DNA of 13,800 nt from Amoeboradix gromovi X-113 (taxonomy: Eukaryota; Fungi; Sanchytriomycota). Every line of letters starts with the position of its first letter. The stretch's first letter is position 1. The notes below the pieces were generated by a model. It made no database searches. It saw nothing but the letters and a program-made list of their open reading frames with translations, and was not told where the DNA came from. The position numbers were made by a program, and so were the translations under genes. Below, in pieces: positions 1 to 8,197 of the stretch. The stretch lies in NCBI GenBank assembly GCA_018985225.1, contig JADGIF010000227.1, positions 1-13,800 of the forward strand, in the 5' to 3' direction.

Positions 1-1
1 C

Positions 2-167
2 GATTATCAAAGTCGAGCGAATGTCAATGATAGATGGTTTCATTGTCAGCAATGCGGTCACCAAGACCATAGAGATATCAATCCAGGTACTTCAAAATAA
101 TGTAGGCAAGAACATGCTCAAATGGTATCTCCCCAAGTTATCTACACTTGAGAAGTGTGGGGTTTGA
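2..167 (+). CDS. 3' end of a Fanzor/TnpB-family RNA-guided endonuclease-like gene (5'-truncated by the window; exons <2-86 and 106-167)
   Basis: Frame 2 reads DYQSRANVNDRWFHCQQCGHQDHRDINP. Removing the 19-nt GT-AG intron 87-105 continues it as G-KNMLKWYLPKLSTLEKCGV*. RxFxCxxCGxxxHRDxNxxKN(I/M)L matches the TnpB/Fanzor zinc ribbon and RuvC-III motif (CxxCG...RDxNAAxNI) with exact spacing. Recognised by motif only; the N-terminal part is outside the window. Confidence 0.8.
   Translation, partial: IIKVERMSMIDGFIVSNAVTKTIEISIQVLQNNVGKNMLKWYLPKLSTLEKCGV
87..105 (+). other. 19-nt spliceosomal intron in the Fanzor-like gene
   Basis: GTACTTCAAAATAATGTAG; T at -8 and A at -6 as in the other introns. 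It holds an in-frame TAA, and removal restores the DxNxxKNML motif. Confidence 0.8.
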
Positions 168-235
168 AATCTTCATATTTTCGAATTCTTCACATTTAAC
201 GTAGGCGTGTTACGGAGCAATTATAAAACAAATAT

Positions 236-1156
236 ATGTCTTACCAAACTCAAGTTCCCGAAGTGGCTGAGGTTTTACTACAGCCTTCTTTTAGTAGACA
301 GGTAGCGGAGCCTCATTTTAATGCGGGTTGGTATGAACATATGATATCAGCTTGGGGTAATTTCATCGGGTTTTTTGGTATTTAAAGCTAATAAAGGTAT
401 GATTCCATGTTGCTTTTGTTGCCCTAATCCGTTCAAGACCGTTGAACAAGGCAAGGTAGGACTGAAATGCCAGTTTGGTAAATGTTTTGCAGTAGTTGAC
501 CCAGGCTTGCATGCTATTAATGTGGCTTGTCAAAACCTGGATGTTGTAGATATAAGATTGCAAGTCACCGATATACCTCGCCAAAGCGTGTTTACTCGAG
601 ATAATATTGTAGTTAACATTGATAGCGTTTTATATTGGCATGTTGTAGATCCTTATGCTGTGGTCTACTTAGTTCAGAACATTAACACCTCATTGATTGA
701 AAAGACTCAAACTACATTGAGAGAGATTATCGGCCAGAAAACCGTCCAGGAAATGCTTGAACATCGTGACGAAATTGCGGAGCATATTGAAAGATTGATG
801 AAAGGACCGGCTGAATCGTTTGGAGTGAAAATTGAATCTATATTAATCAAAGATATGCAATTTAGTAGTGATCTGTTGGAATCTTTTTCCAGTGCTATTA
901 AACAAAAGAGAATCGGTGAAGCCAAGATTATCGGGGCACAAGTACACACGTATTAACTTAGGCTGAAGTTGAGGCAGCAAAAATGATGGCAGAAGCCGCA
1001 GGATACTTGGCCACAGAGTCGGCTATGCAGATAAGATATTTGGAAACATTGACGGCAGTTTCTAGAAATGGAGGTGAAAAACTGTTGTTTGTACCTGTAA
1101 ATCATGACCAGCTTGATTTTGATATGACTACGAATGTTAAATATGGTAAAAAATAA
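236..1156 (+). CDS. Stomatin / band-7 (SPFH domain) protein, 293 aa; exons 236-377, 397-941, 962-1156
   Basis: Spliced product MSYQTQVPE...WGNFIGFFG|MIPCCFCCPNPFKTVEQG...TRDNIVVNIDSVLYW...GVKIESILIKD...KRIGEAKIIGAQ|AEVEAAKMMAEAAGYLATESAMQIRYLETL. Contains the SPFH core, the fungal-type PCCxCCPNP segment and the C-terminal AMQIRYLETL stomatin signature. ORF 375..956 is only the middle exon. Confidence 0.95.
378..396 (+). other. 19-nt intron (stomatin intron 1)
   Basis: GTATTTAAAGCTAATAAAG, with a CTAAT branch-like motif. Removal joins the ATG-236 frame to the SPFH frame. Confidence 0.9.
942..961 (+). other. 20-nt intron (stomatin intron 2)
   Basis: GTACACACGTATTAACTTAG, phase 0. It contains the premature TAA, and removal gives the conserved AEVEAAK...QIRYLETL C-terminus. 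Confidence 0.93.
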
Positions 1157-1204
1157 TAAATTTATGATGAAATCCGTTTTTCGTAACTCTCTTAGTTTGG
1201 AAAA

Positions 1205-2638
1205 ATGATTTTTCAACAAGCCACTTCTGATTTTGAATCGCGTCCATTTATGTCACTGAGTTCGAAATCTAAAATGGAAGAGGTCAGTGCATCTTCTACG
1301 AGCGATGCAGATGAAGAATATAAAATCCAAACAGAACTATTTTCACTAATTGAGTCTGGAAACAGACAGAAAGTAAGAGATTTCCTAGAGAATGATGATG
1401 GGATAGCAGCGCAAGTGATATTGACAGCATTGGATCCTAACATAGATAAAAAGTATCATTATGACGACGATGTTGAAATGGAGGCCAATGAATTACTTGG
1501 ATCCAGCGTTGTTAATTTAAACGCTATACAAATCGCGATATTCTCCGGCGATGAAGATATGGCACTAGATATTCTCAACTATGTTGAAAAGCAGAGCGTA
1601 AAATTGGGTTCTAAAATGGTATTACTGGCATTTTTAGGAATGATGTGGGGGAACGGAAACACTACGCTGCATTTAGCTAGCTTTCATGGTATTACACCAC
1701 TAGTAAGAAAGTTACTGGAACTAGGTGCATCCCCTACTAAAAAGAATCAAAAAAAATATACAGCTATAGATTGTTGTGCTGATCAAGAGACTTCAAAACT
1801 GTTTACCGATCCCACTATACTTTCAAATCTAACCACTGAAAAGTTGAAAGAAACTCTAAGCAATGAAGATTTATTTAAAGATCTTCGGACCCGGAATCGA
1901 AGTAACAGTAATCCGGTTAACGTTAATTATGGCACACTCAGAAAAGGTGTAAGTTTGCAGACTCTACAACCTAAAGAGAAGAGGAAATCAGCCATTCATG
2001 TCAAAAAATGCATAACAAAAAAGACTGTAAGATTTCATTATGAAGCTGTTCTTTTGGAAGCATGTAGAGATGGAGATTTAGAGCTAGCTAAGATGCTAAT
2101 AGAAAACAAAAATATATCAGTAAATTACAATGAACTTGGAAAAGAACAAACTCCTCTACATTTGGCATGCGCTGAAGGACACCTGGAGTTGGTAAAATAT
2201 CTACTTAAAAAAGGTGCAGATGTAAATGCAAGGGATTTTGAGAGCTGGACACCTTTACATTGTGCAGCTGCTAACCATCAAATAGAAATAATTAAAATTT
2301 TAACAAAAGAACCAAAAATAAGTGTACACGTATTTACTGGTGATGACGAGAGCTTAATAGACGTAATGGATGATGAAGATGATGACTTTGAAAAGAAAAA
2401 GAAGCAAGTCGAAGGTTGTTTGTTTATTTATTTAGAAATACTGAGGCCATTCGGAAAAGTACCATCTGTTAATACTGAAGAAGAAAAACACTATATAATA
2501 GGCAAAGCCGAAGACGCAATAATTCCAAAAATAGATGGATTGGAACTTTTGGGAAGCAATTCATCAATGGAGGAAGAAACACAGATAAAAACCAGGTTTT
2601 TGAATAGGGCTGGTACCATTAGCAGACATCGCAAATAA
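1205..2638 (+). CDS. Ankyrin-repeat protein, probable PP1 regulatory subunit (MYPT/PPP1R12-16-like second module); about 470 aa if 2415-2435 is spliced
   Basis: Ankyrin repeats GNTTLHLASFHG, QTPLHLACAEGHLELVKYLLKKGADVNARD and WTPLHCAAANH. The RVxF-type motif KTVRF (2021-2035) directly precedes AVLLEACRDGD, the layout seen in the MYPT family. The true start could be a later ATG. Confidence 0.88.
   Translation: MIFQQATSDFESRPFMSLSSKSKMEEVSASSTSDADEEYKIQTELFSLIESGNRQKVRDFLENDDGIAAQVILTALDPNIDKKYHYDDDVEMEANELLGSSVVNLNAIQIAIFSGDEDMALDILNYVEKQSVKLGSKMVLLAFLGMMWGNGNTTLHLASFHGITPLVRKLLELGASPTKKNQKKYTAIDCCADQETSKLFTDPTILSNLTTEKLKETLSNEDLFKDLRTRNRSNSNPVNVNYGTLRKGVSLQTLQPKEKRKSAIHVKKCITKKTVRFHYEAVLLEACRDGDLELAKMLIENKNISVNYNELGKEQTPLHLACAEGHLELVKYLLKKGADVNARDFESWTPLHCAAANHQIEIIKILTKEPKISVHVFTGDDESLIDVMDDEDDDFEKKKKQVEGCLFIYLEILRPFGKVPSVNTEEEKHYIIGKAEDAIIPKIDGLELLGSNSSMEEETQIKTRFLNRAGTISRHRK
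2415..2435 (+). other. Probable 21-nt in-frame (3n, stop-free) intron
   Basis: GTTGTTTGTTTATTTATTTAG is T-rich with T at -8 and A at -6 like the five obligatory introns. Removal changes QVEGCLFIYLEILRP to QVEEILRP. Confidence 0.7.
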
Positions 2639-2699
2639 TAAATTGAGTCTTTTCTAAAGAGATTTTCTAACCTTTGCTCAATTTTGTGTATTTTAGGCC

Positions 2700-4247
2700 A
2701 TGATGCAAAAGAATCGATCAAAATCTTTTACTGCACCTACTTTATCAACAGATTCTTTAAACCCTATGTATTCAAGTTCAGAAACCATTAAGGCAAACGA
2801 ATTTGATATGAACATGGATCATATAAAGTCTCTAGAGTGTCTAAATTTCCAGGGCAAAAAAGCAAGTGGAACTGCTCAGGATTCTGCTAACTTAAGAGAG
2901 CGTATGAGATCTTTTAAAGACACTTCAATTGAGTTGCAACGCAGTCAGTCTAGTATTTCTTTGAACCTGAATACGGCACAGAGTTACATTGAGCAGCTGG
3001 AGCAAGAAAACGAGTCGTTGAGTTCTAAAGTGCATTCAATATTGAATCAGCAAACTGAGGGTGACAAAAATTTATCCAATAATTTATCAGACTTGCTAAC
3101 TACCAACATCGCAAAGATTCATACCCTGCAGCAGCAATTGAAAAATACTGTGCAAGTTTGCAAAAAGCTTGACATTGAGAAAAACGAGGAAGTTAAAAAT
3201 TTGGCAACACAAAATAAATTAGCAAACCATCTCAAGTTAAGAGTAGAAACTACTGAGCGAGATGAGAAAGAATTTTTACAAAACAAGCTTAGAGACCAGG
3301 AAGAGTCTTTCAACCTAAAGCTCAAATCTTCCTCATTGGAGGAAAGGCTGAAGGAAGCAAAATACATGTTGGCAGCAAGTGAAAACCAGTTGCAAGTCAC
3401 TGAATCTCAAAATGAAAAACTAAAGCAATTTCACTTAGAAATGTCTGATCTTGCTCAGCAGTTCTTTACCACAAACAATCGTATTCTTGATGATTTGGAA
3501 AGATTAAATGAGTGCATCCCAGTCAGTCTGCCAAAACTATTGATTGATCCTATACTTAACATATCTTTAAATATTTCAAACGGCCTGTCATTGGTAAATT
3601 TTATCAGTGAAATGACAAGAGCGCTCGAAATGTGGTATCTTGAGTTAAAATTGTTAAAAAATACAACGATTGAGAAAAACGATACTATTAATGAAACATA
3701 CAAACAAAACCGTCGATTCCAAAGCCTAAATGAAAGTCTAACGCACAAATATTCGGAATTGTCCGGCGACTTTAGACTTTATGTTAAATCTCAGCAAGAT
3801 GGATCTCATGTTAGCAAAAAATATGAAGATGCATTGTTAACGATTGTTAGGCCGTATCAAGATCAGATCGAGGACCTAAAATCTAAGCATTTGGAGATGA
3901 AAACTCTCCTGAGCAAAAATATTGTGAATTTGACAAAAGAAAATCTTAAACTAGAGCAAAATATAACCAAAATTTTGGAGTTGGAGCATTCTGAACTATT
4001 GAAAATGGAATTGAAGGAAAAAGCATTTAGTGAAAGGGAGAATAGCATATTTAAGAAAGAGGAAAAATATTTGGAAAATAATAACACCATTAATCGAGGG
4101 ATAACAAGGCTAAATAGGAAATTAACAGAATTACATTTGGAAAGTCTTGAAATTAAGAAGCTTTGTGATTTGGGTCCACAATCTTCACTGAGTAAAAGGT
4201 CAGATTTGCTAACTAAAGTGCAAAATTTGAAAAGTCGAAATAAATAG
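2700..4247 (+). CDS. Coiled-coil protein of unknown function, 515 aa
   Basis: Long ORF rich in L/E/K/Q/N with heptad-like periodicity. It ends AATAAATAG like other genes here. No family recognised. Confidence 0.85.
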   Translation: MMQKNRSKSFTAPTLSTDSLNPMYSSSETIKANEFDMNMDHIKSLECLNFQGKKASGTAQDSANLRERMRSFKDTSIELQRSQSSISLNLNTAQSYIEQLEQENESLSSKVHSILNQQTEGDKNLSNNLSDLLTTNIAKIHTLQQQLKNTVQVCKKLDIEKNEEVKNLATQNKLANHLKLRVETTERDEKEFLQNKLRDQEESFNLKLKSSSLEERLKEAKYMLAASENQLQVTESQNEKLKQFHLEMSDLAQQFFTTNNRILDDLERLNECIPVSLPKLLIDPILNISLNISNGLSLVNFISEMTRALEMWYLELKLLKNTTIEKNDTINETYKQNRRFQSLNESLTHKYSELSGDFRLYVKSQQDGSHVSKKYEDALLTIVRPYQDQIEDLKSKHLEMKTLLSKNIVNLTKENLKLEQNITKILELEHSELLKMELKEKAFSERENSIFKKEEKYLENNNTINRGITRLNRKLTELHLESLEIKKLCDLGPQSSLSKRSDLLTKVQNLKSRNK

Positions 4248-4284
4248 TTTATACTGCTATAACAATTGCGACGTCAAATACAAC

Positions 4285-4421
4285 CTGGAAAGACTTTTTG
4301 AACCACAAGCGCGCCTTTTTAGTTGAAAGTCCTAATTTCCAGAGAAACTATCAATGCTAGTAAATCCATTAAGTGAGTGCTCACGCTTTCACTACCCTGA
4401 GGTGGACTGAATGAAGGCGCA
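4285..4421 (-). ncRNA. Candidate omegaRNA scaffold / structured element end of the decayed Fanzor-like copy
   Basis: Several stems lie directly 3' of the RuvC-III codons on the minus strand: AGTGA/TCACT closing GC-GTGA-GC (GNRA loop; 4372-4393), AGTCCA/TGGATT (4403-4408 with 4363-4368), a long hairpin CTGGAAA/TTTCCAG plus GACTTT/AAAGTC (4285-4342), and an alternative GCGCCTT/AAGGCGC pairing (4414-4420 with 4311-4317). Pairings were found by eye. Confidence 0.45.
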
Positions 4422-4645
4422 TGTACCTGATGTATATATTCCTTGTTGAGTATGGTCTCGATCTATCTCCGAATGACAATTGATACAAGTGCAACTCTCC
4501 AAATTGCTTTCCTTAAGATTGTCACAGATTGTAAATGCATATTAAGTATTAAGATATCGCATTGTTGTACACGCAAAATCTATCACAGATAAATGATAAA
4601 TACAGCTGTAAACCATTTATTTATCATTAATCTTTTCCTAGGCAT
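4381..4645 (-). pseudogene. Decayed, internally deleted Fanzor2/TnpB-like gene
   Basis: Minus strand reads ICDNLKESNLESCTCINCHSEIDRDH (CINCHSEIDRDH = 4487-4452), then a 2-nt remnant codon AC (AAC=N missing one base), then STRNIYIRYMRLHSVHLRVVKA* (4449-4381). This gives CxxCxxxIDRDx[N]xxRNI, the Fanzor2/TnpB C-terminal motif. Upstream, RKRLMINKWFTAVFIIY resembles the Fanzor2 N-terminal 'lxkWfgxxrxxYN' helix (weaker match). Confidence 0.7.
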
Positions 4646-5016
4646 TGAAAGACTACTAGTTGTTCCATGTTTGGACCAGTTCCTCAACGTTGATGAACAT
4701 ATGCTGTACTGTTAGTTATTTCTTTAGGTTTGACATATTCAGGATTATATCAATTGATTCCATACATCATTTGAGAAAATGAAGAATATCGAGTACTTGA
4801 GGTATTGTAAAAATCCGGAAAATTCACGTAATAATATAAAAATATATACACATTCTCGATAATTGATTTATTTTACGAAATTCAATAGCTGTAACCATAA
4901 AGAAAATCATAGAACTGGTTGCAATTGAATTCTTAAATTTTATTTCTATAGATTGATCTTCCACCAATCGCGCATTAAACAGCATTAACTTAATTCTGCA
5001 ATGAAGTTTCTCAAAA

Positions 5017-5502
5017 ATGAAACAGGCAATTGATCACTACAGTGTTTTAAACTTGAACAAGTCTGCTTCAATGCTCGAAATTTACAACGCATACTCGAAA
5101 ATGTTGGAATTTAAGCATCCTATTGAGGTTACAAAAAATATTCAAGAAGCGTATGCTGTACTAGGGAAAAAAGAATCTCGTGAAGCGTATGACAATCAGA
5201 TTTCCACAGCTGCTGAAAATTCCGGCAAGCTTTTTCAAGTTGGTGAGTCTTGGTCTGTGGGAAAATCTTGGACATTTTTGGATTCTCCGGAGAGCATGGA
5301 AATTTTTGGAAGCAGAGGTTCTCAAGAGTTTGATCTCTGCACAGACTTTTCGGTAGAAACTCCATTTATTGGAGAAATTGAAACTGAACAGCGATATCAT
5401 ACATTTGAATCAATTTTCAAATTGGATGAAGACCAAGTAATCGTGCAAAACTTGAGCAAATACCGCTCTAAGTCACCATCGAGCGTCAAAAATTTTGTAT
5501 AA
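5017..5502 (+). CDS. DnaJ-like (J-domain) protein with non-canonical HPI in place of HPD, 161 aa
   Basis: DHYSVLNLNKSASMLEIYNAYSKMLEFKHPI...IQEAYAVLGKKESREAYD follows the J-domain consensus. The stop is followed immediately by AATAAA (5503-5508). Confidence 0.85.
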   Translation: MKQAIDHYSVLNLNKSASMLEIYNAYSKMLEFKHPIEVTKNIQEAYAVLGKKESREAYDNQISTAAENSGKLFQVGESWSVGKSWTFLDSPESMEIFGSRGSQEFDLCTDFSVETPFIGEIETEQRYHTFESIFKLDEDQVIVQNLSKYRSKSPSSVKNFV

Positions 5503-6247
5503 AATAAATAATGCTTCAGGCTTTTACAAAAATTGCCTAAACAAAACCCCAGAAGTATTCCTTGAGGTGCTTTATATAGTGTATTAAGCCCCATTTATCT
5601 AGTAATATAATGGAAAATTAATCACACATGCATAACCTAATTTCTTATATATTTTACGCTTGCTATATCTATAAATACGACAAAAACTAATGAGATTACC
5701 ATAAACGAATCGCAAACTGGAAAGTTGATGGTTCCTAACTTGTGCTTTAACAACAAGAAATGAGAGAAGGTAAAGCACACATAAAAATAAAATTGGGATA
5801 GCTGAAAGATGCATGTTATATCCAGAAATTCTTAATAGAAAACAGGTTTATAAACCGGAAAAGAATATCTTACTATATTATCCAATAAAGTCTAACTTAA
5901 TAGCAGTTGTGCTGCTAAAATTAGATACTCTTTCAGGTGTTATTACCACTTATAGTTTGGACCATTTTGGCAATGTCTGTCCCTCAATGAAATCATGCGA
6001 CTCAATTTTTGATTGTGATTTAGTTCCAGGTGCAACAACAGAGAAGCATTTACGAAGTATTGGTCATTTAGGGGAGACTTGCGAATTTGTCCTTTAACGG
6101 GGCAACATTATTAAAGTTTAAAAATGGCCTCCGATGGAATTTTGAAAAGACACTGCTTTTTTTTAAAACCTTGTTTTCTTAAGTTCCTAGGCTTCAGGAC
6201 CAATTTAAATTCATGTTTATTATGAGCGCTTGCAGAATTAAAATCCT

Positions 6248-6310
6248 CCAATCAGAATCAGTGGTAATAAAATTTTATTAATCCAAGCATACTACCAGTA
6301 GTGTGATTGG
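6248..6310. promoter_or_regulatory. Inverted pair of CCAAT boxes upstream of the zinc-finger gene
   Basis: CCAATCAG at 6248-6255 and TGATTGG at 6304-6310, 70-130 nt before the ATG at 6380. A further CCAATC at 4964-4969 precedes the J-protein ATG. Confidence 0.35.
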
Positions 6311-6379
6311 AACGCTAAAATTTTACAATTTTAATCATTTCCAAATTTCTATTTAAATAAGTGAAGCCCACCATACAGT

Positions 6380-7036
6380 ATGGTAGTTGTTTGTGAATGG
6401 AAGTCATGTAAACAAATTTTCAGCGATGCTGGAAAGTTATATCATCATCTCAGTCAAGCACACTGTGATGAGCAGGAAGAGAGTTCGATGGCATGGCCTT
6501 GCCAGTGGAAAGACTGTACTGTGATAGTTGACAGAAAGTACAGACTTTCAAGTCATTTATTAATTCATACAAACTATAGACCCTTTACATGCAAGCATTG
6601 TAGTAAAACATTTAAGAGATCTCATGATATGAAGAAGCATATTCGACTAAGTCATCCAACTTTCCATGATGACATATCTGCAGGTTCAGATTCGGGTAGT
6701 ATGGAATCTAATGACCATCATTTTTCGCAAAGACAGGTTCTGAATGCATTACAGAATATGCAGCAACTTCAAACCGTGGATAAAAGCGGAATTAACGATT
6801 TAAACACCCAATTATCAGGGCAGCTACGTCAAGGCAGCCCTAGATACATCCGTAGCTCATCTCTAGGAGTCACAAGTACTCTGCCAATAGCGCAGGAGCA
6901 ATCTCCAAATTCTACACTAGGAGAAAATAGAACTCATGCTAAAAGCATTTTTAATAAAACAGAGATCAGGTACGATGGTTCTACGTATGAGTCAATGGTG
7001 CAAAAGTTCATGGAGTACACACCACCAGCGCACTAA
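6380..7036 (+). CDS. Three-finger C2H2 transcription factor, PacC/Rim101-like (tandem CWCH2), 218 aa
   Basis: Fingers CEWKSC...LYHHLSQAH, CQWKDC...LSSHLLIH and CKHCSKTFKRSHDMKKH. The two CxWxxC fingers and FKRxxDxKKH resemble PacC/Rim101 (FKRPQDLKKH). Ends TAATAAA. Confidence 0.9.
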   Translation: MVVVCEWKSCKQIFSDAGKLYHHLSQAHCDEQEESSMAWPCQWKDCTVIVDRKYRLSSHLLIHTNYRPFTCKHCSKTFKRSHDMKKHIRLSHPTFHDDISAGSDSGSMESNDHHFSQRQVLNALQNMQQLQTVDKSGINDLNTQLSGQLRQGSPRYIRSSSLGVTSTLPIAQEQSPNSTLGENRTHAKSIFNKTEIRYDGSTYESMVQKFMEYTPPAH

Positions 7037-7096
7037 TAAAACCATTGCAATCTTTTATATTCTTATATACACAAATATGAAGAGTATCTATTTGAT

Positions 7097-8197
7097 TTAT
7101 TTCTTGACAATTTGTACTACATCTTCGTCAACTAGTTCATGCTCCTTTCCAACTTTACCGGGGTTATGCTTTACCGAGGTGCCCCAAACCAAAGCATATT
7201 TCAGTTCTTTCAAAATGCTTTTGTGCAAACAATTGCAGAAGTCTTCGATAGTCGTCTTGCCAAACTTCATTACTACTGGGGAAGTGTAATCTGGCAACTG
7301 CCCTTTAGGCTTAGTATAAATACGAACAAGTTTCAAGTATTGCCACATCTTTTCCAATAGTTGGTCCATGTTCCAGTCATGATGGGCAGATATCGGCACA
7401 CAATGCGGCACTTTTGTTATGATATCCAATTCCTCAATGCTGATTTGATCAATTTTGTTTAGGACATAAATTGCTGAAATGTAAATTCTATTACCCTCTA
7501 TGACATCAATTAAATCATCAGCAGTGGCATCTTCTTTAAACATAACATCTGCATTATGGATTCTGTATTCAGATAAGATAGCTTTAACTTGATCTAAATC
7601 TAGATGTGTCAAATTGCATGTATGGGTCATATTAACACCACCCTTTTCCTTTTTTTTGAAATAAATATTAGGAGGGTCCTTATTCAGGCGGATTCCATAG
7701 CCCTCTAGTTCTTTTTCAATCAAATGTTTATCTGTTAATGGCTTCATAACATCTAAAACCAGAAATATTAAAGAACATGTACGAGCAACAGCAATTACTT
7801 GACGGCCACGACCTTTACCATCCTTTGCTCCTTCTATGATGCCGGGTAAATCAAGCATTTGTATTTTTGCACCTTTGTAATGAATTACACCAGGAACGGT
7901 GGTTAAGGTGGTAAATTCATAGTCACCCACTTCAGAGTGCGTACCTGTTATTTTTCCCATGAGAGTAGATTTTCCCACCGAAGGAAACCCAACAAATCCT
8001 ACACGAGCTACACCTGTTTTTGCAACATCAAAGCCAACGCCGGCCCCTCCACCTGAAGATTTTGAGTCGGTAAGCAGTTCTTGTCTGAGCTTTGCTAATT
8101 TTGCTTTTAGGACACCTAGATGCTTTGAAGTTGCTTTATTTTTTTGAGTTTTAGCCATTTCAGCTTCAATATCTTTGATTTTATCAACAGTCGACAT
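7097..8197 (-). CDS. RBG1: Developmentally regulated GTP-binding protein 1 (DRG1/Rbg1; OBG-family GTPase with TGS domain), 366 aa, intronless
   Basis: [24 protein letters not shown]1 [38 protein letters not shown] and C-terminal [10 protein letters not shown]. The true start is the ATG at 8197, not the TTG at 8218. Confidence 0.96.
   Translation of the reverse strand: MSTVDKIKDIEAEMAKTQKNKATSKHLGVLKAKLAKLRQELLTDSKSSGGGAGVGFDVAKTGVARVGFVGFPSVGKSTLMGKITGTHSEVGDYEFTTLTTVPGVIHYKGAKIQMLDLPGIIEGAKDGKGRGRQVIAVARTCSLIFLVLDVMKPLTDKHLIEKELEGYGIRLNKDPPNIYFKKKEKGGVNMTHTCNLTHLDLDQVKAILSEYRIHNADVMFKEDATADDLIDVIEGNRIYISAIYVLNKIDQISIEELDIITKVPHCVPISAHHDWNMDQLLEKMWQYLKLVRIYTKPKGQLPDYTSPVVMKFGKTTIEDFCNCLHKSILKELKYALVWGTSVKHNPGKVGKEHELVDEDVVQIVKK

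Noticed and set aside
2639-2699. Possible splicing of the ankyrin and coiled-coil ORFs into one MYPT1-like gene (TTTTAG just before the ATG at 2700)
   Set aside because: The ankyrin ORF ends in the typical TAATAAA terminus, and no GT...TWAYNWAG intron of the local size class removes the stop.
5599-6097. Divergent small ORFs 5599..5814 (-) and 5813..6097 (+), and palindrome GGTTTATAAACC (5845-5856)
   Set aside because: No recognisable domain, no AATAAA at the stops, and overlapping start codons. A single AT-rich 12-mer palindrome is compatible with chance.
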